A stretch of DNA of 64,000 bases from Candidatus Eiseniibacteriota bacterium (GCA_963725865.1 CAVSAC010000014.1:1568001-1632000), one strand, 5' to 3'; positions 50,199 through 61,339 are shown, counted from the first letter of the stretch. Made by a program: numbers and translations. Notes: generated from the letters alone by a model not told the origin.

Positions 50199-51491
50199 AT
50201 GGACACCGAAGCTACTCCGCAGGTCACGAGCAACGCGCAGACCATGGAGCTCACGGAGCTCAAGGGCAAGACCATCTCCGAGCTGCTCCGACTCTGCCAG
50301 GAGTTGGAGGTGCAGGGGACGAGCGGGCTGCGCAAGCAGGAACTCATCTTCAAGATCCTCGAGGCGCAGACCCAGAAGAACGGTCTGATCTTCGCCGAGG
50401 GGGTGCTCGAGATCCTGCCCGAGGGTTACGGCTTCCTTCGATCGCCGACCTACAACTACCTGCCGGGACCGGACGACATCTACGTGTCGCCGTCCCAGAT
50501 CAAGCGCTTCGACCTGCATACCGGCGACACCGTCTCCGGACAGGTGCGGCCGCCCAAGGAAGGCGAGCGCTACTTCGCGCTGTTGCGCGTCGAGGCGGTG
50601 AATTTCGAGAGCCCGGAGGCGGCGAAGGAGAAGATCCTCTTCGACAACCTCACGCCGCTCTACCCGCAGGAGAAGCTCAGCCTCGAGACCAAGGACCGCT
50701 GCCTCGAGACGCGCATCATCGACCTGCTGTGCCCGTTCGGCAAAGGCCAGCGCGCGCTCATCACCTCGCCGCCCAAGGCCGGCAAGACGATCCTGCTCCA
50801 GAAGATCGCGAACGCGATCACCGAGAACCACCCGGAGTGCGTGCTGATCGTGCTGCTGATCGACGAGCGCCCCGAGGAGGTCACCGACATGCAGCGCACG
50901 GTGAAGGGCGAAGTGGTCTCGTCGACGTTCGACGAGCCCGCGGAGCGCCACGTGCAGGTTGCGGACATGGTGATCGAGAAGGCCAAGCGGCTGGTCGAGC
51001 ACAAGAAGGACGTGGTGATCCTGCTCGACTCCATCACCCGCCTCGCGCGCGCCCACAACACCGTGGTGCCGCACTCGGGCAAGATCCTCTCGGGCGGCGT
51101 CGACGCGAACGCGCTCCAGCGCCCGAAGCGCTTCTTCGGCTCTGCGCGCAACGTCGAGGAGGGCGGCTCGCTCACCATCATCGCGACCGCGCTGATCGAG
51201 ACCGGCTCGCGCATGGACGAGGTGATCTTCGAGGAGTTCAAGGGTACCGGAAACTCCGAGCTGGTGCTGGACCGCAAGATCTCCGACAAGCGCATCTTCC
51301 CCGCGATCGACATCAACAAGTCGGGCACGCGCAAGGAGGAGCTGCTGATGTCGCCGGACGTGCTCCAGCGCGTGTGGATCCTGCGCAAGTTCCTCAACGA
51401 GCTGAGCCCGGTCGAGGCGATGGAGTTCCTGACGTCCAAGCTCTCCGACACCAAGACCAACAAGAAGTTCCTCGAGGGCATGAATTCGTAG
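50199..51491 (+). CDS. rho: Transcription termination factor Rho
   Basis: [53 protein letters not shown]. Confidence 0.99.
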   Translation: MDTEATPQVTSNAQTMELTELKGKTISELLRLCQELEVQGTSGLRKQELIFKILEAQTQKNGLIFAEGVLEILPEGYGFLRSPTYNYLPGPDDIYVSPSQIKRFDLHTGDTVSGQVRPPKEGERYFALLRVEAVNFESPEAAKEKILFDNLTPLYPQEKLSLETKDRCLETRIIDLLCPFGKGQRALITSPPKAGKTILLQKIANAITENHPECVLIVLLIDERPEEVTDMQRTVKGEVVSSTFDEPAERHVQVADMVIEKAKRLVEHKKDVVILLDSITRLARAHNTVVPHSGKILSGGVDANALQRPKRFFGSARNVEEGGSLTIIATALIETGSRMDEVIFEEFKGTGNSELVLDRKISDKRIFPAIDINKSGTRKEELLMSPDVLQRVWILRKFLNELSPVEAMEFLTSKLSDTKTNKKFLEGMNS

Positions 51492-51557
51492 CGGGCGAGC
51501 GTACCCCGCCGCCTCGGCACCGCGGCGGACCGGGCGCGGGGGAGCAGAGGTGAACTC

Positions 51558-51914
51558 GTGATCGGCGGCAGCCACCTGATCGTCTACACCCAGGATGCCG
51601 AGGCCGATCGCGCGTTCTTCCGCGACGTGCTGCAGCTGCCGAGCGTCGACTCCGGCGGGGGCTGGCTGATCTTCGCGTTGCCACCGAGCGAACTCGCGTT
51701 CCATCCGTCCGCGGATAACGACGCGCACGAGCTCTACCTCATGTGCGCCGACCTGCAGGCGACGCTCGACCGGCTGATCGCACGCGGGGTCCGCTGCGAT
51801 CCGCCGCAGGAGGAGCGCTGGGGCAGGCGCACCGCGATCCACCTGCCCGGCGGCGGGCGCATCGGCCTCTATCAGCCCAAGCACCCGACCGCGGTCCCGC
51901 TCGGCACCCCCTGA
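51558..51914 (+). CDS. VOC/glyoxalase family protein
   Basis: 'DAEADRAFFRDVL...GGGWLIF...ERWGRRTAIHLPGG..IGLYQP'. Confidence 0.85.
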   Translation: MIGGSHLIVYTQDAEADRAFFRDVLQLPSVDSGGGWLIFALPPSELAFHPSADNDAHELYLMCADLQATLDRLIARGVRCDPPQEERWGRRTAIHLPGGGRIGLYQPKHPTAVPLGTP

Positions 51915-52019
51915 GTCGGCCGCCCGCGATGGAACGGGTCGCCGCTGCGCGGCGATCCCGGTCGCGGTACCATGCCGGCTCCCGTGCCGCGCTTCCGACC
52001 GCCGCGAGGTGACCGCTCC

Positions 52020-52457
52020 ATGAGTGCCCACGCCCCTGTCGAACGCTACGAGCTCGCGCTGCGCGTGGAGCCGTCGGACATCGACGTGCTCGGTCACGTG
52101 AACAACGTCGTGTACGTGCGCTGGGTGCAGGACGTGGCGATCGCGCACTGGCGCACGCTCGCGACGCCCCAGCAGCAGGCGGCGTTGATCTGGGTCGTGG
52201 TGCGCCACGAGATCGACTACAAGAGCCCGGCTCTCCCGGGCGATCAGCTGGTGGCGCGCACCTGGGTGGGCGTCGCGTCTCACCGCACGTTCGAGCGCCA
52301 CACCGAGATCCTGCGCCCGGCCGACGGCCGGCTGCTGGCGCGCGCCCGCACGCTGTGGTGCCCGCTCGATCCGGTGACGTTCCGGCCGATGGTGGTGGGC
52401 GACGACGTGCGGGAACGGTTCTCGGTGCCGCGAGGCCACCAGGAGGATGAGGCGTGA
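52020..52457 (+). CDS. Acyl-CoA thioesterase (4HBT/YbgC-like)
   Basis: 'DIDVLGHVNNVVY', 'RHEIDY'. Confidence 0.9.
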   Translation: MSAHAPVERYELALRVEPSDIDVLGHVNNVVYVRWVQDVAIAHWRTLATPQQQAALIWVVVRHEIDYKSPALPGDQLVARTWVGVASHRTFERHTEILRPADGRLLARARTLWCPLDPVTFRPMVVGDDVRERFSVPRGHQEDEA

Positions 52458-52587
52458 AGGCGCGGAACGCGCGCCCTGCGGTGCTCGCGAGCGCCCTCGT
52501 GCTCGGGGTCGCCCGGGCCGCGCCGGGCGCCGCCGGCTCCCGGGGGGATCTCGCGACGGCGCGTCCGCTCGCCTGAGGAGGAGATCC

Positions 52588-53136
52588 ATGTCGCGTTCCC
52601 ACCCGCCGACCGATCGCCCGCGCGTGGAGTCCGCGGTGCTGGTGCCAGTGTACCGGGACGACGCCGGGGCCCTGCGGCTGGTGCTGATCCTGCGCGCCCC
52701 GGGCGGCCGGCACGGCGGGCAGCTCGCGTTCCCCGGCGGGCGGCGCGAGTCGTTCGACGCCACGCCGTACGACACCGCGCTGCGCGAAGCCGAGGAGGAG
52801 ATCGGCCTGCCGCGCGCCGCGGTCGAGTGCCTCGCCGAGCTCCCGACGCTCGCCACGCGCTCCTCCGACATCCACATCGACCCGTTCCTGGTCCGCATCG
52901 AGCGCCCCGCGCAGTGGCGGCCCGATCCCCACGAGGTCGCCGACGTGCTCGAGGTGCCGATCGCGGATCTGGTGCGGCCGGAGGCGCAGGGCGAGGCGAT
53001 GGAGGAGTTCCCGGGCTGGCCGGGTCCGCAGCGCATCACTTACGTGCGCGTGGGGCCGCATCGGCTGTGGGGCGCGTCGTACCGCATCGCGCGTCCGCTG
53101 CTGCCGCGCCTGCTCGCGGGCGAATGGCCCTTCTGA
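52588..53136 (+). CDS. Nudix CoA pyrophosphatase (NudL-like)
   Basis: 'SAVLVP', 'HGGQLAFPGG..E....TALREAEEEIGL', 'LWGAS'. Confidence 0.88.
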   Translation: MSRSHPPTDRPRVESAVLVPVYRDDAGALRLVLILRAPGGRHGGQLAFPGGRRESFDATPYDTALREAEEEIGLPRAAVECLAELPTLATRSSDIHIDPFLVRIERPAQWRPDPHEVADVLEVPIADLVRPEAQGEAMEEFPGWPGPQRITYVRVGPHRLWGASYRIARPLLPRLLAGEWPF

Positions 53137-53230
53137 GCTCGCGCCGCCCGCCGCCACCGTGGGCGTCGAGCGATTGCGGTAGCCTGTCTGCCACTGATGG
53201 AGCGCGCGCGAGCGCGCGGAAAGGACCGCC

Positions 53231-53728
53231 ATGTTCCGCCGCATCGAGGATTTCGGGGTCGCATGGGAGTACGAATCGAGTGCCACGCTGCGGCTGCTGG
53301 GCGCCTGCACGGAAGCGGCGATGTCGCAGCGGGTCGCTCCGAGCGGACGCACGCTCGGGCGGCTGGCGTGGCACATCACCATCACGTTGGGCGAGATGCT
53401 CGGGCATGCCGGGCTCGCCGTGAAGGCGCCGGCCAGCGAAGGCGAGGTGCCCCCGCTCGCGACCATCGTCAGCACGTACGCGGAATCCGCGCGGGCGGTC
53501 GCCGAAGCGGTCCAGGCGCGGTGGACCGACGCGATGCTCGGCGAGCGGGTGCCGATGTACGGCGAGGAGTGGGCGCGCGGGGCGGTGCTCTCGTCGTTGA
53601 TCACCCACCAGGCGCACCATCGTGGGCAGATGACCGTGCTGATGCGCCAGGCGGGATTGCGGGTGCCGGGCCTCTACGGCCCCGCGGCCGAGGAGTGGAG
53701 CGCGATGGGGATGTCCGCGCAGCCGTGA
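53231..53728 (+). CDS. DinB family protein
   Basis: 'RTLGRLAWHI', 'HQAHHRGQMTVLMRQAG'. Confidence 0.9.
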   Translation: MFRRIEDFGVAWEYESSATLRLLGACTEAAMSQRVAPSGRTLGRLAWHITITLGEMLGHAGLAVKAPASEGEVPPLATIVSTYAESARAVAEAVQARWTDAMLGERVPMYGEEWARGAVLSSLITHQAHHRGQMTVLMRQAGLRVPGLYGPAAEEWSAMGMSAQP

Positions 53729-53791
53729 GGCGCGATGCCGCGCGCGGCGCGCCTCAGGACGGCGGGCCGGTCGGCTGAGCGATCCGCGGCC

Positions 53792-55582
53792 TCATGGACC
53801 CGCCACCGGCGGGGCCGCGGGTCCAGCCGCCGCCGCGCCGCGATGCAGCACGCCCCACTCGAGCGGCGGATTGAGGACGAACTCGTCGGGGCGTCCGCGA
53901 CGCAGCGCCGCGTCCAGCCGGCGGTCGATCTCGTAGATGTCGTCGCGGTACTGCAGCGCGCCCGCCGAGTCCACCCACGCGGTCCAGTACAGCAGGTGGA
54001 CCGGGACCGGGTGGGGCAGCCCGACGTAGCGCGTCACCGCCGCGGCCTCCAGCGAGTCGACGGAATCGGCCACCGCCTCCGCGTACCGCGGCGCGAGCAG
54101 CCGCTCCGCCAGCGCGTGCGGCCGCTCCACCCGCACGCACCCGTGGCTGCGCGCGCGCGCCACCTGCGCGAAATGCGAGCGCAGCGGCGTGTCGTGCAGG
54201 TAGACGTCGTATTCGTTCGGACACATGAACTTGATCCGGCCGAGCGGGTTCTCGGGGCCGCCGTCCTGCACCACGATGTAGCGGAACGAGTCCTGTTCGG
54301 CGGCGCGCCAGTCCACCGCGGTGTGCGGGACCTCGAGCGCCGGTTGATGGCGGGGATCGAACACCCGCATGTGGTGGCTCGCGAGGTACGAGGTGTCGCG
54401 ATGCAGCTCGGGCACGATCTCCTCGACCACGATGCGCCGCGGCAGCCGCCAGGTCGGATTGAACGCCAGGTAGCTCATCGCGTCGCTGAATACCGGCGTG
54501 GGATTGCGCCGCTCGCCGATCACCACGCGCATGCGCAGCACCGTGCGGGCGCTGTCGCGCAGCTCGAGCGAATAGTCGGGCAGGTTCACGATGATGCAGG
54601 GCTCGGGCGGCGGCAGCGCCAGCCATCGCCTCCGCTCGAGGTTGAGCGCGAGCGTGCGCGCACGCTCCGCCGCCGGGACGTTCAGCGCCGCGCGCGTCGG
54701 CGGGTCGACGATGCCGGTCGGCTTGATGCCGTGCCGGCCCTGAAACGTGCTCACGGCGCGCAAGAGAGCGGCGTCGAACGGCGCGTCGAGCGACGTGGTG
54801 TCGAGTGGGAGCTCGTACGCGAGCCGGCGACGCAGCCGCGCCACGTCCGGGCTCCCGTCGCCGAGGCGCAGCGGCGGTCCTGCGGTCAGCCGCGGCCACC
54901 CGCCGAGCGTGGCGACGTGGAGCACCTGCGCCAGCGCGGCGCGCAGCGCGAGGCTCTCCGGGTCGCGCGGGCCCAGCTCGGCCATCACCGCGCCCGTGCG
55001 GCCGGCGTGGAGCGCGCGCGCCAGCTCCCCGAGCAGGTCGGGACGCCGGCGATCCTTCACCCAGTCGGGGTCGAGCGCCGCATCGGGCACCCGCCCCTCG
55101 CACGCGTCGCGCGCGTAGCGCAGGAACGCGCGGGTCAGGCGCAGGTCGAGCGCGGCGAGCGATTCGGGCGCCGCGGCCTGCGAGGCGGCGCGCAGCCGCG
55201 AGCAGTCGTGCGCCAGCGCGGCCCCCTCGTAGTCGGCGGGATCGAGACCTTCGCGGGCCGCGAGCGCGAGGACGTGCGCGCAGGCGAGCGCGGCGTCGTG
55301 CGGGCGCCGGTCGTCGCTCCAGGCCGCCCGATTGCCCCGCTGGCGGTAGAAATCGAGCAGCGCCCGCTCGACCGGGTCGTGCAGAGTGTCGCGCCCGGCC
55401 GCGGCCGGCGCGAGGGCGACGCCGATCGCGGCGGCCATCCGAACGGCGGGCGACTCCGGCACGCGGCGGTGACCGAGCCACCACAGTCCGGCGAGCAGGA
55501 CCGCGAGCACGATCACGCCGATGGCCGTCGCGACCAGCGCGAAGCGGCGAGGGGCGGGCGAGGAAGGGAGCGGGAGGACCAT
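53792..55582 (-). CDS. L,D-transpeptidase (YcbB/LdtD-like) with peptidoglycan-binding domain
   Basis: 'NLERRRWL', 'VNLPDY', 'NPLGRIKF..PN..VYLHDTP', 'SHGCVRV', 'RDDIYE.D'. Confidence 0.92.
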   Translation of the reverse strand: MVLPLPSSPAPRRFALVATAIGVIVLAVLLAGLWWLGHRRVPESPAVRMAAAIGVALAPAAAGRDTLHDPVERALLDFYRQRGNRAAWSDDRRPHDAALACAHVLALAAREGLDPADYEGAALAHDCSRLRAASQAAAPESLAALDLRLTRAFLRYARDACEGRVPDAALDPDWVKDRRRPDLLGELARALHAGRTGAVMAELGPRDPESLALRAALAQVLHVATLGGWPRLTAGPPLRLGDGSPDVARLRRRLAYELPLDTTSLDAPFDAALLRAVSTFQGRHGIKPTGIVDPPTRAALNVPAAERARTLALNLERRRWLALPPPEPCIIVNLPDYSLELRDSARTVLRMRVVIGERRNPTPVFSDAMSYLAFNPTWRLPRRIVVEEIVPELHRDTSYLASHHMRVFDPRHQPALEVPHTAVDWRAAEQDSFRYIVVQDGGPENPLGRIKFMCPNEYDVYLHDTPLRSHFAQVARARSHGCVRVERPHALAERLLAPRYAEAVADSVDSLEAAAVTRYVGLPHPVPVHLLYWTAWVDSAGALQYRDDIYEIDRRLDAALRRGRPDEFVLNPPLEWGVLHRGAAAAGPAAPPVAGP

Positions 55583-55655
55583 GGTGGTTGGTGTCGACGG
55601 TCGGGGACTCTATACTTTCCCGGCCGCGCCCCGTAGGCCTTTCCCTGGAGTCCTC

Positions 55656-56978
55656 ATGTCCCGATCGCAGCTTCACGCGGCCTGCGCGGCGCTCGTCCTC
55701 GTGACGGCCGCTTCGCCGGCGGCCTCCGCGATGCCCGGGGTGGCGGCCCGCGACAGCGCGCTCGCCGCCGAGCGCAGCGCGGCGGGCTACGACGGCGCCG
55801 GCCGGTCGCGGGCGTGCGCGTCCGCGGGCGTCCGCGCGGCGCTCGCGGAGTCGCTCGCGACGTCGGCGCCCGGCGCGGCGGGCGAGCGCGAGCGGGTCTA
55901 CGCTGATGCGATCCGCGCGCTGCGCGCGGCCGCTGGCGGTCCGGCCGACCCGGGCGCGCTCGCGGCGCTGCGCCACGGCGCCGAGGACCTCGGGGATCCG
56001 CGGGCCGCGCAGTTGCTCGGCCAGCTCTACGCCAGCGGGGAGCGGGTCGCGCCCGACGACTCGCTCGCGGTCCACTACCTGCTGCTCGCGACGCGTCAGG
56101 GCGACTGTCGGGTGGCGCCTTCCTTCGCGCTGCTCGCCCACGCCTACTTCCGCGGCGCGGGGATCGCGCGCAGCGACTCGCTCGCCGGCCGCGCGATGAA
56201 CGCGGCGTACTTCGGGGCGGCGGACGAGGCCTGTCGCGCGGCTTACGGCGACCGCGACCTGTGGGTCGCTCGCCAGGGGCTGTTCTTCGTCGCGGGCGAG
56301 TCGCGGCTGCACGGTGAAGGCGTGCACGTCGACGTGCCGAGCTCGATGTACCAGTTCGACAAGGGCGCCCGTTTCGGCGAGGCGGCGTGCGCGTTGCGTG
56401 CGGCGATGTTGTTCCTGCCGCCGCCGGTCGGTGATCCGCAGGCGATCGGGCGCGTGCAGCCCGATGCGGAACGCGCGCGCGGCTACCTGCAGCAGGCGCA
56501 CGACGCCGGCGTGCCGGTCGCCTCGCTGCTGCTGGCGCGCTGCCTCGCGGAGGGGATCGGCGGGGCCGCGGATCCGGGGCGCGCGCTCACGCTGTTCGAG
56601 CAGGCCGCCGCGAATGGGCTGCCGCACGCACGCCTCGAGCTGGCGACGCGACTCGCGGGCGGCGAAGGGGTGCCGTTCGACTCGCTGCGCGGGCGGCGTG
56701 AGCTGGAGCGCGCCGCGCGCGAGAGCGATCCCCGGGCGATGTCCATCGTCGGCAGCCTGGCCTACGAGCGCGCGCTCGCCGACCACACGGCCGCGCGGCC
56801 GCGGCGACTCGCGGAGGCCGCGGCGTGGTTCGAGCGAGCCGCCGCGGGCGGGGACGGCACGGCGATGTACGCGCTCGGCGTCATGCATCGCAATGGGCAG
56901 CACTACTCCCGTGACCTCGGCAAGGCCGCGGCCTGGTTCGAGCGGGCGCGCAGCGCCGGAGTGACCGGCGCGCGCTGA
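55656..56978 (+). CDS. Secreted Sel1-like repeat protein
   Basis: Signal peptide; multiple SLR motifs such as 'AMYALGVMHRNGQHYSRDLGKAAAWFERA'. Confidence 0.8.
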   Translation: MSRSQLHAACAALVLVTAASPAASAMPGVAARDSALAAERSAAGYDGAGRSRACASAGVRAALAESLATSAPGAAGERERVYADAIRALRAAAGGPADPGALAALRHGAEDLGDPRAAQLLGQLYASGERVAPDDSLAVHYLLLATRQGDCRVAPSFALLAHAYFRGAGIARSDSLAGRAMNAAYFGAADEACRAAYGDRDLWVARQGLFFVAGESRLHGEGVHVDVPSSMYQFDKGARFGEAACALRAAMLFLPPPVGDPQAIGRVQPDAERARGYLQQAHDAGVPVASLLLARCLAEGIGGAADPGRALTLFEQAAANGLPHARLELATRLAGGEGVPFDSLRGRRELERAARESDPRAMSIVGSLAYERALADHTAARPRRLAEAAAWFERAAAGGDGTAMYALGVMHRNGQHYSRDLGKAAAWFERARSAGVTGAR

Positions 56979-57232
56979 CCGCGCGCTTGCGCTCCCGTCC
57001 CGCCGGTCCCGCCGAGCCGGATGTCAGGGGTTGGTGGAGAACGGATGCCGTTCGGGGCCCGGCCCCATCCAAGGGTGGTGCTCGCCCGGAGCTTGGCATT
57101 GGGCCCCGCTTCGGGCATACTCGCCGCCCGCTATCCAACACCGCCCCGTGCGGAGCGCCCGGCCCACCAGCGTGCCCTGAGCGATCATCGCGAAGGAGCC
57201 GGCCGGGGAACGCCGCCGAGAGGAGAAGTGCG

Positions 57233-57484
57233 ATGAAGGCTGGACTGCATCCCATCTACAAGATCCGCACCTTCCACTGCTACGGCTGTGGCACCGAGTT
57301 CGACACCCGCACGACGCTCGATCCGCACAATGCCGACGGCAAGGTGCACCTCGACGTGTGCTCGAGCTGCCACCCGTTCTTCACCGGCAAGCAGAAGATG
57401 ATCGACAAGGCCGGCCGCGTGGAGCGCTTCCGCAGGCGCTACGAGAAGAAGGGCGAGGCCAAGCCCGAGCCAGCGCAGTCCTAG
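57233..57484 (+). CDS. rpmE: 50S ribosomal protein L31 (Zn-binding, four Cys)
   Basis: MKAGLHP.Y, CYGC...CSSCHPFFTGKQK, GRVERFRRRY. Confidence 0.95.
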   Translation: MKAGLHPIYKIRTFHCYGCGTEFDTRTTLDPHNADGKVHLDVCSSCHPFFTGKQKMIDKAGRVERFRRRYEKKGEAKPEPAQS

Positions 57485-57495
57485 CGCTTCCCGAG

Positions 57496-57530
57496 CGGCT
57501 CCCAGCCGGGCGGACGCCCGGCGGGAGCCG
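57496..57530 (+). terminator. Hairpin after rpmE
   Basis: CGGCTCCC-A-GCCGGGC...GCCCGGC-GGGAGCCG then TTCG. Confidence 0.5.
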
Positions 57531-57551
57531 TTCGCATGCCCGGAGGCATCG

Positions 57552-58487
57552 TTGCCCTTCCTGCCCGTCGGTGGTCAGGCTGTCATCGAAGGCGTCATGA
57601 TGCGCTCGCCGTCGCTCGTCGCGGTGGCGGTGCGCCGCCCCGACGGCTCGCTCGCGTATTTCGACCGCGCGTACCGGTCCGTCACGCTGCGCGTGAAGGC
57701 GCTCGGCCTCCCGATCGTGCGCGGGGCCGTGGCGCTGTTCGAGACGCTCTATCTCGGCATGACCGCGCTCAATTTCAGCGCGGACGAGGCGGGGCGTGAC
57801 GAGGGCGGGACCGCGGCCAAGGCCTCCGCGGGCCAGAGCGTGATCCAGGGCGCGACGCTGGTGTTCTCGCTCGCGGTCGGGCTGCTGCTGTTCGTGGTGC
57901 TGCCCGCGCGGCTGACGGTCGCCGTCGGCGCCACCAGCCGGCTGGCGTTCGGGCTCGTCGACGGCGCGTTCCGGCTGGCGGTGTTCCTGCTCTACCTGTT
58001 CCTGATCAGCCAGTGGAAGGAGATGGCCCGCGTCCTCGGCTACCACGGGGCGGAGCACAAGGCCATCCACGCGCTCGAGGCGCGCGCGCCCCTGACGCCC
58101 GAGAGCGTGCAGACGTTCTCGCGCTTCCATCCGCGCTGCGGCACCACGTTCCTGTTCATCGTGGTGGTGGTCAGCATCGTGGTGTTCACGCTCATCGGGC
58201 GGCCGCAGCGCATCCAGGACCACCTGCTGCGGATCGCGTGCATGCCGCTCATCGCGGGCCTGGCGTTCGAGTTCATCCGGCTGTCCGGCAAGCACCAGGC
58301 GAAGGCGTGGGTGCGCGCGCTCTCGTGGCCGGGGATCCAGTTCCAGCGGCTCACGACGCGGGAACCCGACCTCACGATGTGCGCGGTGGCGATCGCCGCG
58401 CTCGAACACGTGCGCGCCGACGAGACCGTGCGCCGCCTCGAGGCCGCCGGCGACGGCGCCCCGCTCGAGCTGACGTTCGTGCAGTGA
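57552..58487 (+). CDS. DUF1385 membrane protein
   Basis: '[13 protein letters not shown]', '[10 protein letters not shown]', '[10 protein letters not shown]', 'TTREP'. Confidence 0.92.
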   Translation: MPFLPVGGQAVIEGVMMRSPSLVAVAVRRPDGSLAYFDRAYRSVTLRVKALGLPIVRGAVALFETLYLGMTALNFSADEAGRDEGGTAAKASAGQSVIQGATLVFSLAVGLLLFVVLPARLTVAVGATSRLAFGLVDGAFRLAVFLLYLFLISQWKEMARVLGYHGAEHKAIHALEARAPLTPESVQTFSRFHPRCGTTFLFIVVVVSIVVFTLIGRPQRIQDHLLRIACMPLIAGLAFEFIRLSGKHQAKAWVRALSWPGIQFQRLTTREPDLTMCAVAIAALEHVRADETVRRLEAAGDGAPLELTFVQ

Positions 58488-58491
58488 CGCC

Positions 58492-59568
58492 ATGTGGGAC
58501 GCGCTGAAGAAGGTCGAAGCCCGCTGGGCCGAGGTGAATCAGCTGCTGGGCACCCCCGAGGTGGCGTCCGACCCGCGCAAGCTGCGCGACCTCGGCCGCG
58601 AGCGCACGCGGCTGGCGGCCACCATGCGCGACCTCGAGGAGTACCGGCGTCTCGAGCGCACCGCCGCCGACGACGAGGCCGCCGCCGCCTCGGACGACGC
58701 CGAGCTGGCCGAGCTGGCGAAGGCCGAGCTGCCCGAGCTGCGCGCGCGCCTGGACGTGCTCGGGGAGGCGCTCAAGCAGCACCTGGTGCCGCGCGATCCC
58801 GACGACGACAAGAACGTGATCGTCGAGCTGCGCGCCGGGACCGGCGGGGACGAGGCCACGCTGTTCGCCGGCGAGCTGTTCCGGATGTACTCCAAGTTCG
58901 CCGAGCGCCGCCGCTGGAAGCTGGAGGTGATGTCCTCGAGCCCCTCCGAGGTCGGCGGCTTCAAGGAGATCGTCTTCATGCTCTCCGGCGAGGACGTGTA
59001 CCGCCAGATGAAGTTCGAGTCGGGGGTGCACCGCGTGCAGCGCGTGCCGGCCACCGAGGCCTCGGGCCGCATCCACACCTCGGCCGCGACCGTCGCCGTG
59101 CTGCCCGAGGTCGAGGACGTCGACATCCAGATCGAGGAGAAGGACCTGCGCGTCGACGTCTACCGCGCCGGCGGCCCCGGCGGCCAGGGCGTGAACACCA
59201 CCGACTCCGCGGTCCGCATCACCCACCTGCCGAGCGGCCTGGTGGTGACCTGCCAGGACGAGCGCTCGCAGATCAAGAACCGCGCGAAGGCGATGAAGGT
59301 GCTGCGCGCGCGGCTCTACGACGCCAAGCTCCAGGAGCAGCAGGCGCGGCAGGCGGCGCAGCGGCGCTCGCAGGTCTCGACCGGCGACCGCAGCGCCAAG
59401 ATCCGCACCTACAACTTCCCGCAGAGCCGCATCACCGACCACCGGATCAACTTCACCTCGCACAACCTGCCGGCGGTGATGGAAGGCGACCTCGACGAGC
59501 TCAACGAGGCACTGGCGACCGCCGACATGAGCGAGCGGCTCGCGGCGCTGGGCAGCGAGGCCGGCTGA
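58492..59568 (+). CDS. prfA: Peptide chain release factor 1
   Basis: [22 protein letters not shown] (PxT), [12 protein letters not shown]. Confidence 0.98.
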   Translation: MWDALKKVEARWAEVNQLLGTPEVASDPRKLRDLGRERTRLAATMRDLEEYRRLERTAADDEAAAASDDAELAELAKAELPELRARLDVLGEALKQHLVPRDPDDDKNVIVELRAGTGGDEATLFAGELFRMYSKFAERRRWKLEVMSSSPSEVGGFKEIVFMLSGEDVYRQMKFESGVHRVQRVPATEASGRIHTSAATVAVLPEVEDVDIQIEEKDLRVDVYRAGGPGGQGVNTTDSAVRITHLPSGLVVTCQDERSQIKNRAKAMKVLRARLYDAKLQEQQARQAAQRRSQVSTGDRSAKIRTYNFPQSRITDHRINFTSHNLPAVMEGDLDELNEALATADMSERLAALGSEAG

Positions 59569-59584
59569 GCCGCGCCGGCCGCGG

Positions 59585-59620
59585 CGCGCCCCGCCCGGGT
59601 GCGTGCCCGGGCGGGGCGCG
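59585..59620. terminator. 15-bp hairpin between convergent genes
   Basis: CGCGCCCCGCCCGGG ... CCCGGGCGGGGCGCG. Confidence 0.6.
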
Positions 59621-59644
59621 TGGGTCGCTTCCCGATGCCGGCCG

Positions 59645-60205
59645 CTACCGCGGCCAGAGCCAGCCGAACGTTCCCGCGGTGAGCAGCCCGTACACCAGGC
59701 CGTCGAACGAGTTCTTGAACGTGGTGCTCCACGCGCGCTTGTACCAGATCGAGTCCTGCCACAGCGCCACCACGTAGCAGAAGAACGCCGTCGCGCCCGC
59801 GAAGCGGAACACGCGCAGGTAGTGGGCGTCCGGCCCCACTGCCCGGCTCGCGATGTAGGCCGCGAACACCGAGACCAGCACGCAGTAGAGGAACCACTGG
59901 ATGAGCTCGTTCGTCATCGCGGGCGGCCCCGCGGGCAGCACGGTCATGATCGCCTTGGGGCCCTTCTTCATCTTCTCGATGAACGCGGGGTCCTTCATCG
60001 ACTCCGGACCCGTGCCGCACGGAAACATGTAGTCGCCGGCCGGGATCTCGAACTTGCGCAGCGCGTCCATCACCGCGTCCTCGTCCTTGAGCTTCTTCAC
60101 GTCCGTCCGGTGGTACGGCAGCATCATGTGGATGATGAAGCTGGCAAAGAACACCAGCACCGCCGACAGCAGGATGGGCAGCCACAGCGTCACGATCGAG
60201 AGCAT
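59645..60205 (-). CDS. Conserved-looking hypothetical membrane protein
   Basis: GGAGG RBS, GC-rich third codon positions, four TM helices ('LWLPILLSAVLVFFASFIIHM..HRTD'). Confidence 0.8.
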   Translation of the reverse strand: MLSIVTLWLPILLSAVLVFFASFIIHMMLPYHRTDVKKLKDEDAVMDALRKFEIPAGDYMFPCGTGPESMKDPAFIEKMKKGPKAIMTVLPAGPPAMTNELIQWFLYCVLVSVFAAYIASRAVGPDAHYLRVFRFAGATAFFCYVVALWQDSIWYKRAWSTTFKNSFDGLVYGLLTAGTFGWLWPR

Positions 60206-60450
60206 CGATCACCTCCGGAGTTCGCCCGACGTTCCGCCGGCCCGCCGAAAGGCGGACCATCGCGGACCGGCGGTGGCGCTCGCGCCGCCGGCATCCTAGG
60301 AACCCGCACCGGAGGGCGCAAGACCCGAGCGTTCCGACGGCACCGAGACTCCAGCCGCTCTGATCCGTCTGTAGGGAGGGCCGGGCCCCGATCTTCGCGC
60401 GCCACCCCGCCGCGTGCGCGCGCGCGTACCCCATCCCAGGAGAGCGCATC

Positions 60451-61131
60451 ATGCGTCACGTATCGCTTCGCGTCGCCGTGGCCGCGGCCGTCCTCACGAT
60501 CACCGCATTCGGTGTCCCGGCGCTCACGCGCGCCGCCACGCCTTCCGCCCCGCCCAGGCTCGACGGCGTCTGGAAGCTCAACGAGGCGCAGAGCGAGAGC
60601 TTCCAGAAGAAACTGGCCGAGCTGCGCTCGAGCGCCGGGGGCGCCGGCGAAGGCCGGCGCGGCATGGGGGGAGGGCGCGGGATGCGCGGTGGCGGCATGG
60701 GCGGCGAAGGTGGCGGCCGGGAAGGCGGCTGGGGCGGACGCGGGCCCGGTGGCGGCGGCCCCGCGGGGGGCGCGGACGAGTCGTCCGGTGCGCGGGCGCC
60801 CCGCTCCAACCTGCTCGCGCGGCCGCCGCTGATGATGGCGCTCGAGCAGAGCGACAGCGCAGTGGTGGTGACCGATCGCGGCGACTTGGTCGAGACGCTC
60901 GTGCTCTCGGCGGGCGCGGTCGCGCCGGCCGACCCACCGCGATACGTGGCGCACTGGAGCGGGGCACGCCTCGAGGCCGAGGGCAGCGGGCCGCGCGGCG
61001 GGAAGCTCCACCAGAGCTTCGAGCTGTCGCAGGACGGCAAGCAGCTGATCGTGATCGCGCGCACCGAGGGTGCCGGCGGGCGCCCGCCGCTCGAGCTGAA
61101 GCGCGTGTACGACCGCTACGAAGGCGACTGA
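60451..61131 (+). CDS. Secreted hypothetical protein with Gly-rich insert
   Basis: Signal peptide; 'LDGVWKLNEAQSE', GGGRG-rich stretch, 'LSQDGKQL...KRVYDR' (lipocalin-like strand pattern). Confidence 0.75.
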   Translation: MRHVSLRVAVAAAVLTITAFGVPALTRAATPSAPPRLDGVWKLNEAQSESFQKKLAELRSSAGGAGEGRRGMGGGRGMRGGGMGGEGGGREGGWGGRGPGGGGPAGGADESSGARAPRSNLLARPPLMMALEQSDSAVVVTDRGDLVETLVLSAGAVAPADPPRYVAHWSGARLEAEGSGPRGGKLHQSFELSQDGKQLIVIARTEGAGGRPPLELKRVYDRYEGD

Positions 61132-61339
61132 GCGCCGGCGGCCGGATCGACACGCGGAGGCTGCCGCCGGGCGCGGGCTGCGCGGATGATGCCACCGTGG
61201 CGCGCGACCGCGCGGCGCGCGCGGCGTGGACGCCGGCGCCCGCTTCGTGGACACGGGCGCGCGCACGCCGTCGCGCGAACCGCGCCGTTCACGCACGCGC
61301 GCCACAGGCATGCGACGTGCAGTCGCATCGCGCATCGCG

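Noticed and set aside
60640..60775. GGC-rich quasi-repeats
   Set aside because: They encode a Gly-rich linker; not a CRISPR array or tandem repeat.
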